The notes under the pieces were generated by a model. The model was not told the DNA's origin. It saw only the letters and a list, made by a program, of their open reading frames with translations, and searched no databases. A stretch of DNA of 52,176 bases from a virus. Taxonomy: Duplodnaviria > Caudoviricetes. The stretch lies in the IMG/VR virus record IMGVR_UViG_3300036823_000134, positions 1 to 52,176 of that record. One strand, given 5' to 3'. Both the position numbers and the translations under genes were made by a program. Positions 19,701 to 26,852 of the stretch are shown piece by piece; the stretch's first letter is position 1, and each line of letters begins with the position of its first letter.

Positions 19701-20102
19701 CATGGACACCCGTACAACTTGGGTGACTGGAAAGCACAGATCCAATGGGGTGAAAATTATATCTCAGGCAGGTATGGTAGTCCACTAGCTGCTTGGGCAC
19801 ATGAAGTATCGCACAACTGGTACGACAAGGGTCTTATGTCAGGCTTTGTGCCAAAGGGCGCTTCGATGATGCTCAATGGTACGGGTGCCGACGAACATCT
19901 CAGCGTTATGACTACTTCGCAGTGGAGTGTTCTGGATAAGCTGGCAAACAGTAGTACAGGACTTATTAACAGTCAGACTGGAAACACATTCAACATTACC
20001 GTTGAAGGTATTAACATCTACACCGATGGTAGTGATCCTGCTGCACTTGGTGCGCAGTTGGGTGAGTACCTAGTTGGAATGGGGGCGAGAGTAACACAAT
20101 GA
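16689..20102 (+). CDS. Tape measure protein with a C-terminal lytic transglycosylase-like domain
   Basis: TP901-type N-terminus, Trp-spaced amphipathic repeats, ESGWNPFAVNKSSGAYGIPQAL...YISGRYGSP. Confidence 0.95.
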   Translation: MGLGTRELLLIIRGQDELSKVLRGVGGSMGTLSAQAQQAAQKQMALGSAISTVGVGMAAVGAIGVKWLGDAVSTAKTFDTAIALVKTQVDNVNTSQQQLATVSKNVAKSIAAPIDQLNASLYDIFSSMDVTVPQSQQILTGFAKAAVAGQVDVQTAGRATIAILNAWHQPVSMLSQDLDVQFQLVRKGVGTYQEFAQSIGQAIPSAQRAGQSIQTLAGMLAYLTRNGLSTSMAAASAQRALDAFSNPKVVDRLKGMGVAVLNNKGGFNDFGVVIDQLQKKLANMTEPQRTAALQNLFKGAGGTIQAMRFYDTVTQSSTAVKQFTSLTDDMKNSSGALNTAYGTMSNTMTAKTQLLNNQYQLLKVSVGNALIPILTKLIPVIQGIFNWWNSLSGSTQKIIVWIVAATSAFFLVGGAILFIAGTFIMLSAAAALADVALAPIILTVIAVIAGLALLGVAVYELITHWNQVASAVKSVWVPVVNALGAAWNWLWKTILKPLFTWLWSQVGGPLTSLWNSMKSDVSSAMDAIHQAVTGSIGKVGQFINEMIANVTDWWNTHWQQIKGTVQIFVNFWTAIWPYMRGFFSNILYAIMATFRNVWDLIAGIFHDVWAGIVGVIKGAWEIISSVIRGAIDIIEGIFGLFFDIITGRWGQVWGDIVKILKGVWEIIRGVVAGGWEIIEAIFNTGGRIIGSVFTFAWRELVVLFKAGVGLVGNIWDGFVAGLEQAWKTVWNSIIDFFKGVARSIGTLVKDLGSAIGSAWKSVESAFVAPINWVIDIVINGALIPFWNSVMNYLGLQGLYMHDFSKIGGHKEGGLISGAGSGTSDSILSWLSDKEFVVNAKSTAQWLPFLHAINNGMAPGFAQGGQVNANVSQVLGSASISKQASTVISDPYNAVASKGNIANNWLVAGATSGLSLVNRAANFLVGKITKFLGSIGNAFRATPGGSPSAAQSTMYQYASTLFSRYGWAARDNLPALIRLWTKESGWNPFAVNKSSGAYGIPQALGHGHPYNLGDWKAQIQWGENYISGRYGSPLAAWAHEVSHNWYDKGLMSGFVPKGASMMLNGTGADEHLSVMTTSQWSVLDKLANSSTGLINSQTGNTFNITVEGINIYTDGSDPAALGAQLGEYLVGMGARVTQ
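18109..18122 (+). repeat. Dispersed 14-bp motif copy
   Basis: CCGTGTGGGTTCCG. Confidence 0.6.
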
Positions 20103-20980
20103 CAGCGCCTGTTCTTGCTGACTACTCATTTCAGTATGGTGACAGTGGTATCCTATTGAATGGCGATCCACTGTCTGACGGCTCCATACTTGACATTACA
20201 CAGATTGATGGCCTTGACTCTGCGCCACTCAAAACGTCAACTGCTTCGTATGAAGGTCGCGATGGAGGCATCATCAATGCCTTCAATGAAGATATGCGAC
20301 AGCCGGTAATCACTGGTACGCTCTACGGTGGCAGTGATCCGATCTTCCAAACTATCGACATGCTAAAGGATAACTTCGCACCGCGTGACGATGGGGAGCC
20401 TCAGCCTCTTTACTTTCAGCAGGAGGGTACTGATCTCCGGCAACTCTTCTGTAAGCCGCTAGGGTTCAATTATTCCTGGACAGCAGCAATGCGAACAGGT
20501 ACTACGCCGTTCACGATTAAGTTTCAGGCAGAAGATCCTACCATCTACGGTACTGATTTTCAGTCGATCCAGGGAACATGTCTGACACCTAACAGTGTAC
20601 CCGGCTACGCTTGGAGTCGAGCTTGGTCGTATAGCTGGGGTGGTGCAGCATCCGTTGGCACGTCACAACTCTTTAACAACGGTAACAAGTATACAGGCTT
20701 CTACGCAGACATTATGGGTCAGGCATGTACCAATCCGGTTATTGCTTGCGACACGCAACCTGGCATGTTCGTGTCGACTAATATTACGATTGGTGCTCAG
20801 GATACGCTGAGGTTCGACTTCTACAATCAGGCGCTACTACTTAACGGGCAGAGCAGAGGAAATTCCGTGCTAAATGAAGGATGGTTCTTCCTAAAGAAGG
20901 GAATCAACCAACTTCGATTCTCTGCTGATTCCCTCACGCCCGCAAACATTCAGTATCAGTACTTCTACGGCTACCGGTAA
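20099..20980 (+). CDS. Distal tail protein (Dit)
   Basis: Follows the tape measure gene; GRDGG, FQAEDP, NNGN, WFFLKKGINQL. Confidence 0.85.
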   Translation: MTAPVLADYSFQYGDSGILLNGDPLSDGSILDITQIDGLDSAPLKTSTASYEGRDGGIINAFNEDMRQPVITGTLYGGSDPIFQTIDMLKDNFAPRDDGEPQPLYFQQEGTDLRQLFCKPLGFNYSWTAAMRTGTTPFTIKFQAEDPTIYGTDFQSIQGTCLTPNSVPGYAWSRAWSYSWGGAASVGTSQLFNNGNKYTGFYADIMGQACTNPVIACDTQPGMFVSTNITIGAQDTLRFDFYNQALLLNGQSRGNSVLNEGWFFLKKGINQLRFSADSLTPANIQYQYFYGYR

Positions 20981-20989
20981 GGAGCTGAC

Positions 20990-22063
20990 GTGGCCATTAT
21001 TCTTCCCGGAGCCTTCAACCAGAATGCGAACGTTTCGGTCACAGCACAGTATGAACGACTTCGCAATGCATTCTTTACACGTGCATATCCAGCAAGCGCG
21101 ACCAACGGCAATACGCGATCTGACGGTCAGGGCGGTGTCTGGCCTCAGCCTAATGCACTAAACGTAACTGCGACTGCTACGCCTGACATGAATGTTCACG
21201 TAGATCGTGGCGGCGGCTTGCTGCCCGGCTCACAGAACACTAATCAGGGTAACTACCCGTTCTTTAACGGCGCAAGCTTTCCCGTAGGGATCAACCCCTC
21301 GAATACGCAGGCACGTATCGACTCGATTGTCGCACACTCGAAGGACACGTTCTATTCGGGCACACAGGATGTTCAGGAGTTCTTTTCCTTTCCCGGTACG
21401 CCTGGCTCAGGCAGTCCGCCCAACTTGACTTCGCTTGACAACAACTTCCTAGAGATTGCCCGAGTCGCTGTTGGTGCGAATGTCTCATCGATTAACAATT
21501 CAAATATCACAAACATGCAACACTTGCTCCCTGTGGGTCTTGACATACCGCTCAGTTCCGAGTTGTCGAACCCTGGATCATTTGTTGGTCAGCCTCGAGT
21601 GAATACAACCTCAGGCGAATACGAATGGTGGGATGGTAGTGCATGGCGAGGGCAGAAGTGGGTTGCCTACAGTCCTACCTGGGCAGGCATTTCTGCTGTA
21701 GGCACAGGTTCAACCTTCGGGGGTAGGTACTTCAAGACAGGTACTAAGTGTCTTGCAAAGGCTTGGATTAAGGCTGGTAGTACGGGTGCAGTTACACTTG
21801 GTACTGGACATGTAACTTTTACACTGCCTTTTACTGCCGCTAATCCTTCGACTAACGATCAGTGGTACGGCGAGGGATCGTCTCGTCCAGCTCCTGCCGG
21901 TTTGATCAATTTGCTATGGACTGTAGTAGGCACGGGTGCTACAGCTGCTGAAGTTCTGGCAGTAAGTAGTACTAACACGTTGGTAGTTCCAGGCACTGCT
22001 AGTATTCCATGGACTTCCAACTCGATCATCTTGGCGCATGTAGAGTACGAAACAGCCTCGTAA
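20990..22063 (+). CDS. Minor tail protein
   Basis: TPDMNVHV...RIDSIVA...EIARVAV...I-N-N-I motifs of actinophage minor tail proteins. Confidence 0.75.
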   Translation: MAIILPGAFNQNANVSVTAQYERLRNAFFTRAYPASATNGNTRSDGQGGVWPQPNALNVTATATPDMNVHVDRGGGLLPGSQNTNQGNYPFFNGASFPVGINPSNTQARIDSIVAHSKDTFYSGTQDVQEFFSFPGTPGSGSPPNLTSLDNNFLEIARVAVGANVSSINNSNITNMQHLLPVGLDIPLSSELSNPGSFVGQPRVNTTSGEYEWWDGSAWRGQKWVAYSPTWAGISAVGTGSTFGGRYFKTGTKCLAKAWIKAGSTGAVTLGTGHVTFTLPFTAANPSTNDQWYGEGSSRPAPAGLINLLWTVVGTGATAAEVLAVSSTNTLVVPGTASIPWTSNSIILAHVEYETAS

Positions 22064-22072
22064 GGAGGTGCT

Positions 22073-22873
22073 ATGAAGATCCTACCGGATAACATGTACG
22101 ACGCTATCCCTGCGTTGATCTCTAAGATTCCAGCCAACGCTAAGTACGTTGCAGGGTACGTAGATAGTGTCAGCTTTACATGGTCGAAGGCTAATTGGGA
22201 TAAGTTCCCGAACGCTGTACATGTTACGATTAGCACACGAGGTCTTGTCCCTGCACATTGGGGTGATGTTGAAACAGGTGACTTGACACCTCAGAGGGGA
22301 TATGACCTGTACGTCGCAGGTAAGATCAGAGGTATCTACTGCAATACAGGTGAGAAGTGGCCACTAGTGCAGGCTATCTTCAGGAGTCACGGCACCCCGC
22401 AGCCCCCGTATTGGGTTGCAGCGTACCCTGGTGGAGGTCGAGTACTACCTGTGTTGAATGGCATTACATCAGTAGGACATCAGTATATCAATACTGATCC
22501 GGTAGATGAGTCAGTTATTACAGATACGTTTCTTGAGATTGTTACTGGAGGAAGTATGACGCAGCCGACCAATCAGGATATTTCCAATCTGATCAAGGCA
22601 CACGATACACATCTACTGACAGTGCGTGATGAGCTGACGACGACGATCGCCAATGCCGTCACTACGCTTGCAGGTGACGTAACGGCAGTCGACGAACATA
22701 CGTCGGCACAGTTCGCAGCAGCTGTACCTCAGCTCATGACGGCGATGAGCCAGGCAGGTCCGATCAATGTGACGCAGGATGAGATTCAGGCAGCATTGTC
22801 GAGCTTGAACATCCCACAGGGGATTATTACGGCCTTCTACAACGTGCTTGCTGCAAGCCAGAAGCCAGCGTAG
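22073..22873 (+). CDS. Putative endolysin (GH25-like muramidase domain)
   Basis: AGYVD, DVETGD, IYCN, YWVAAY, GHQY...DESV pattern; RBS AAGGAGG. Confidence 0.6.
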   Translation: MKILPDNMYDAIPALISKIPANAKYVAGYVDSVSFTWSKANWDKFPNAVHVTISTRGLVPAHWGDVETGDLTPQRGYDLYVAGKIRGIYCNTGEKWPLVQAIFRSHGTPQPPYWVAAYPGGGRVLPVLNGITSVGHQYINTDPVDESVITDTFLEIVTGGSMTQPTNQDISNLIKAHDTHLLTVRDELTTTIANAVTTLAGDVTAVDEHTSAQFAAAVPQLMTAMSQAGPINVTQDEIQAALSSLNIPQGIITAFYNVLAASQKPA

Positions 22874-24033
22874 TGACAGGTTTTCTCGTAGGATCTCGGC
22901 CTGACCCCAAGTACAGGTATATCTTCGAAGATACACTAACTGGAGCAAAGATTCGTACGCTTCCGATGTATGGTGTAAACTTCAAGAGGTACCTTGCTAC
23001 TTGGGGTCAGTCGAGTACCTATGGTACATTTACTGGAACAGTACGTGCAGATACACCAGGGCTTGCAGTATCTGATATCCTCGAGGCAACACTTCCAGGT
23101 AGGACAAACGTTTGGGTAGAGCGAGACGCTGTCTTGATCTGGGGCGGCCTTATTACTACTCGAACGTATCAGTCTCAGGCTTACACTTACCAGATCGATG
23201 CACAGACGTTTGATACGTTTACACAAGGAGTATTTCAGCTTACCGATCAAGCTTCGACGTCTGACGATCCTCGCAATGTCATAATCAATCTGTGGAACAG
23301 TATGCAGTCGGATTCCACACAGGACATGCGTGTCATCATACCACCTCTAGTGTCAGCACTGACTCCTGAGTACACGTACTCGTGGACAGGTACTGACCAG
23401 AATGCAAACTCTGATCTTATCAGTTCCGCTGTGCAGGGTGGCGCTGAATACAGGTTGGACTATGCCTACGATGTTAATGGCAACCGAACGTGTACGCTTG
23501 TTCTCGGTCGTTGGGATCAGTCAGGCGTAGGTACTACCATTGGTGCTCTCCCCGGTGATGTTAGTACGACAACGTTTAAGTACCCTGGTAGCATATCTGA
23601 TTATTGGATCAGTGAGTCAGGTCCTCAAGGAGCTACGTTCGTATTGGGTATCGGCTCGGCAAGTGGTGACACGACTCCGAGCGGCACATTGACTAATACT
23701 GGAATGCTAGCACAGGGCTGGCCCAAGTTTGGGATCAAGTTTAACTGGACTGATGTTACTGCTCAGTCACAGTTAGATACGCAACTAGCGACAGCTCTTC
23801 AACAGTTTGCACCGCCGTTCATTTCGCCTACGTATAAGTTGAACGGTAGTGGCGACTATGGCAAGTTCAACTTGGGTGACTATCTTCATATCGTGCTAAA
23901 CGATCTGAACCGTTTCCCCGATGGTCCATTTGTGCAGGACATTAGAGTGCTTGCCATGGAGCTCAGTCCTACAACTGACACGGATGTTGAACAGGCTGAC
24001 TTTACTGTCGACCAACCCTCTACGACAGGGTGA
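22873..24033 (+). CDS. Minor tail / baseplate hub protein (ReqiPepy6 gp37-like)
   Basis: VERDAVLIWGG, FKYPGSI, FNLGD motifs. Confidence 0.75.
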   Translation: MTGFLVGSRPDPKYRYIFEDTLTGAKIRTLPMYGVNFKRYLATWGQSSTYGTFTGTVRADTPGLAVSDILEATLPGRTNVWVERDAVLIWGGLITTRTYQSQAYTYQIDAQTFDTFTQGVFQLTDQASTSDDPRNVIINLWNSMQSDSTQDMRVIIPPLVSALTPEYTYSWTGTDQNANSDLISSAVQGGAEYRLDYAYDVNGNRTCTLVLGRWDQSGVGTTIGALPGDVSTTTFKYPGSISDYWISESGPQGATFVLGIGSASGDTTPSGTLTNTGMLAQGWPKFGIKFNWTDVTAQSQLDTQLATALQQFAPPFISPTYKLNGSGDYGKFNLGDYLHIVLNDLNRFPDGPFVQDIRVLAMELSPTTDTDVEQADFTVDQPSTTG

Positions 24034-24037
24034 TACG

Positions 24038-24175
24038 ATGCCAGTGAGACAAAGGCGAAATGTTCCGACTCAGACACCTCCACTACAACGACCGCACCAG
24101 CCCGATCTGTACGGAATCATTAAGGACCTGCAGAGGAGGATTTCGAAGCTTGAATCAAGATTGAATACGCACTAA
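24038..24175 (+). CDS. Small hypothetical protein with a coiled-coil end
   Basis: MPVRQ...PDLYGIIKDLQRRISKLES. Confidence 0.55.
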   Translation: MPVRQRRNVPTQTPPLQRPHQPDLYGIIKDLQRRISKLESRLNTH

Positions 24176-24184
24176 GGGGTACTC

Positions 24185-24475
24185 GTGGACGAGGCTGCCT
24201 GGATTGCTATCGTTTCAATCCTAGGAACTCTTCTTGCAGGCATGCTGATCCCAATTGCTACGGGTGGTTTCGTTCGACGTGCAGAGTACGACAAGGTCCA
24301 GACTAAGCTCGAACACGAACAGGAACTTCGTACGATTCAGGACAAGCGCATAGAGGAGAAGGACAAGGCCATCCAGCTGATCGAACACCAACGGGACATG
24401 CTGGAAAACAAGGCCGATATCGCAACCGACGTACTGACAGCTATTAGGGCAGCAGTACAGGGTGGTGGAAAGTAA
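24185..24475 (+). CDS. Membrane protein of the lysis cassette (1 TM plus coiled coil)
   Basis: N-terminal hydrophobic helix. Confidence 0.7.
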   Translation: MDEAAWIAIVSILGTLLAGMLIPIATGGFVRRAEYDKVQTKLEHEQELRTIQDKRIEEKDKAIQLIEHQRDMLENKADIATDVLTAIRAAVQGGGK

Positions 24476-24690
24476 TGAGGCTCTTCAAGCGGAAGTCGGA
24501 GACAAATGTAAAGCCACATCCTGACGCCGATATCGTTGAGGCGAGAGCCAAGCTTCAAGAGGATAAGGACAAAGTACAACAGGTTCGCGAACATGCTAGT
24601 ACTGTTGCGGACAAAGTTAACAAGGCATCCTATCACACTGCACGCAACGGATTCACTGAACTGTTCAAGCAAGGCTTGAAGGGGGCGTAG
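24475..24690 (+). CDS. Lysis-cassette hypothetical protein
   Basis: Ends in RNGFTELF, a pattern common in actinophage lysis cassettes. Confidence 0.65.
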   Translation: MRLFKRKSETNVKPHPDADIVEARAKLQEDKDKVQQVREHASTVADKVNKASYHTARNGFTELFKQGLKGA

Positions 24691-24691
24691 T

Positions 24692-24991
24692 ATGAGCGCC
24701 ATCACAGTAGAAGTATTTATTGCAGGCTTCTTCTCGCTGGGAACGCCGTTCATCTACCTGGGCTTTCATAAGTGGCGAGCTAATCCCTTCACTCGTATGT
24801 TTGCAACGTTAACTACGGGCTTTGCATTGATCCTTGCGTACGTTTGGTATAACATTGCAGCGGAACTCTTCGGTTGGCCAATTGCTACAGGTACGATCGT
24901 TGCAGTGATAGTGTACGGTCTAATCGCATTGATCGAAGTTGTTATGTTCTCTGTTGTGTACTATCTAACATTCATCAAGAGGAGATTGTAA
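24692..24991 (+). CDS. Holin-like membrane protein (3 TM)
   Basis: Three hydrophobic segments, WRANPFTR loop. Confidence 0.65.
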   Translation: MSAITVEVFIAGFFSLGTPFIYLGFHKWRANPFTRMFATLTTGFALILAYVWYNIAAELFGWPIATGTIVAVIVYGLIALIEVVMFSVVYYLTFIKRRL

Positions 24992-25224
24992 TGTTCACAA
25001 AAAAGTTCTGGCTCGATGCGTCAGAGAGATGCATCAAGACAGGCGCACAAGTTCTGTTGGCCACTCTTGCTGTTACAAATATCTTTGTCCTTGCACACAC
25101 TACAATTATCGCCGACCTCGGTGCAGCAGGTACGGCGATGGTGTTATCGCTACTGACGTCCGTTGCCTCAAGTGCAGTTGGGGACAAGACGAGTGCTTCG
25201 CTCGTCAGTACTACCTCTGGGTGA
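24991..25224 (+). CDS. Holin (r1t family)
   Basis: MFTKKFWLDASERCIKTGAQ...SLLTSVAS; RBS GAGGAG. Confidence 0.85.
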   Translation: MFTKKFWLDASERCIKTGAQVLLATLAVTNIFVLAHTTIIADLGAAGTAMVLSLLTSVASSAVGDKTSASLVSTTSG

Positions 25225-25241
25225 CTGCGTCCGCTCAGAGA

Positions 25242-25279
25242 GCAACCCCCCGGGAGCGCGGGCCCTCGGGGGGTTGTTT
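25242..25279. terminator. Bidirectional terminator between the convergent arms
   Basis: GCAACCCCCCG...CGGGGGGTTGT stem. Confidence 0.85.
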
Positions 25280-25284
25280 ATGCT

Positions 25285-25836
25285 CTACTTCAGTAGTTGG
25301 AACCATCGTTCATCTTGGAGAGTAAATGTCATATGGTGAAGTAGGTGCTTGAGGGCATCCATCTCGTGCCTGCGGTTCGGAGCCCACAGCCCCAGTTGCT
25401 TTACCTTGTCATCGGTCCAGAAGACGTTGTCGTTGCCCTTGATGGTAGCAGCAACCTGTTCAAAGTACCATTCGCGTTCCCTGAACATGGTCATTTGATT
25501 GCTTTCCTGCACGAAAGCCTTGACGACACCAATGTACTCAGCAGAGACGATCTCTTTCCCCATGCCACGATTTTGAAAAGATTCACATACTAGGTGCATA
25601 TTGTCGTGACGCTGATGCTCCAGGAACCGGAGCAGTTTCTCGTGGTGCTCTCCTGGCCCTAGAGTTAAGAAGTCGAAGCGAGCAGAGAGTGGGACACTGC
25701 CACTACCAAGCCACTCCACCTCGTTGTCCGGATTGACCATAAGGCTCTGAGCGAACATAGCAATGCCAGTATGACCGCCAGGGTCAAGTGCTGTAACAGT
25801 GTAAGTACCGCTTCCGCGGATCAGATCAATCCTCAT
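25285..25836 (-). CDS. RuvC-like Holliday junction resolvase
   Basis: ALDPGGHTG, VCESF, HEMDALKH. Confidence 0.75.
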   Translation of the reverse strand: MRIDLIRGSGTYTVTALDPGGHTGIAMFAQSLMVNPDNEVEWLGSGSVPLSARFDFLTLGPGEHHEKLLRFLEHQRHDNMHLVCESFQNRGMGKEIVSAEYIGVVKAFVQESNQMTMFREREWYFEQVAATIKGNDNVFWTDDKVKQLGLWAPNRRHEMDALKHLLHHMTFTLQDERWFQLLK

Positions 25837-26144
25837 CCGCGCTCCGTATAGGTTATAGGTCCTATGTTCATGCCTAGTAGCACGACAAGAACCTGCTCGA
25901 GTTCGTCGACCGCGAGCGTACTGCGATCCATGAAGAAGTTCGACCTGCCACGAAGAGAGTGCAGAGTGTGCGGAGTAACGATTCGACTGTACACTTCGTC
26001 TTTCGGTGAGATGTGATACTGACGTCCGATACGTACCTTCTCGTGTTCACTCATAACTAGTAGTGCGCGGCTCTTACTCCGCATTAGCCACTCTACGACT
26101 CTGGTAGTCTTCCCAGTGCCTCGAGGCATTTCAATCAGTTCCAT
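25833..26144 (-). CDS. Small P-loop NTPase-like protein
   Basis: PRGTGKTT Walker A and LAVDE Walker B in ~103 aa. Confidence 0.6.
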   Translation of the reverse strand: MELIEMPRGTGKTTRVVEWLMRSKSRALLVMSEHEKVRIGRQYHISPKDEVYSRIVTPHTLHSLRGRSNFFMDRSTLAVDELEQVLVVLLGMNIGPITYTERG

Positions 26145-26317
26145 ATTGGATGTCCAATCACGAAGAAGAATCCGAACACGATACCTGCACATGCAGCACA
26201 GATGACGACAGAGGCGATTACGATACTGATCAGGAAGCCAATTCGCTCTGACCAACGCATCTCTGCCCAGAGAGTCTCTCCCCATGTACGATACGTCCGT
26301 GTGGGTTTTGCTTGCAT
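26135..26317 (-). CDS. Small membrane protein
   Basis: MQAKPTR start with RBS GGGGAG; hydrophobic C-terminal half. Confidence 0.65.
   Translation of the reverse strand: MQAKPTRTYRTWGETLWAEMRWSERIGFLISIVIASVVICAACAGIVFGFFFVIGHPIWN
26297..26310 (+). repeat. Dispersed 14-bp motif copy
   Basis: CCGTGTGGGTTTTG. Confidence 0.85.
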
Positions 26318-26326
26318 AGCTCCCCT

Positions 26327-26438
26327 AAGTCTATGAGAGTCTAACAACGAAGGATCTTGAGGTATAGATAGGTACGAGAGCTACGGCTAAAAGCTAGTAG
26401 AGTCCTAGAGACTCGGTCTATGAGCTAAGTCTGCGAGC
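26327..26438 (+). repeat. ~112-bp intergenic element, copy B
   Basis: AAGTCTATGAGAGTCTAACAAC...TCGGTCTATGAGCTAAGTCTGCGAG. Confidence 0.85.
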
Positions 26439-26444
26439 TTTGCT

Positions 26445-26852
26445 TCACTTGAAATCCTTGAGCTTGTAGGCGTCCTGCGCCTGAGGAAGAGCTGTGATAC
26501 CTTCTAGCGCATCTGCAACAGTTTGACCTTGTTCTGCCAGCTTCTTCTGGTTCTCTACATCTTCGATCATAGCAAGGATGTCGTCACGCTTAGTGTATAG
26601 CGCAGCGAGCTGCGCGTCGAACGTGACAATTCGCTTCGTGCGAACCTCGATATTGTCCTTATTCAGGTTCCTTCGATTACCATCACTGAAGTAAACTCGC
26701 TCACCCTTACGTAGCGGTCGACCAAGCTTCTCTTCCATCAGGATGTGATGGGTTAGTCTGAACCTTCCATCCTGCTTCGTGTAGTGGTAGCCATTGTCAC
26801 TAACGTACGTAGATCCGTCAGGTTTACCGACAGCTACGCGGGAATTGGCCAT
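26445..26852 (-). CDS. HNH-family protein (degenerate active site) with a coiled-coil tail
   Basis: HHILMEEKLGRPL...ERVYFSDGNRRNLNKDNIEV. Confidence 0.7.
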   Translation of the reverse strand: MANSRVAVGKPDGSTYVSDNGYHYTKQDGRFRLTHHILMEEKLGRPLRKGERVYFSDGNRRNLNKDNIEVRTKRIVTFDAQLAALYTKRDDILAMIEDVENQKKLAEQGQTVADALEGITALPQAQDAYKLKDFK

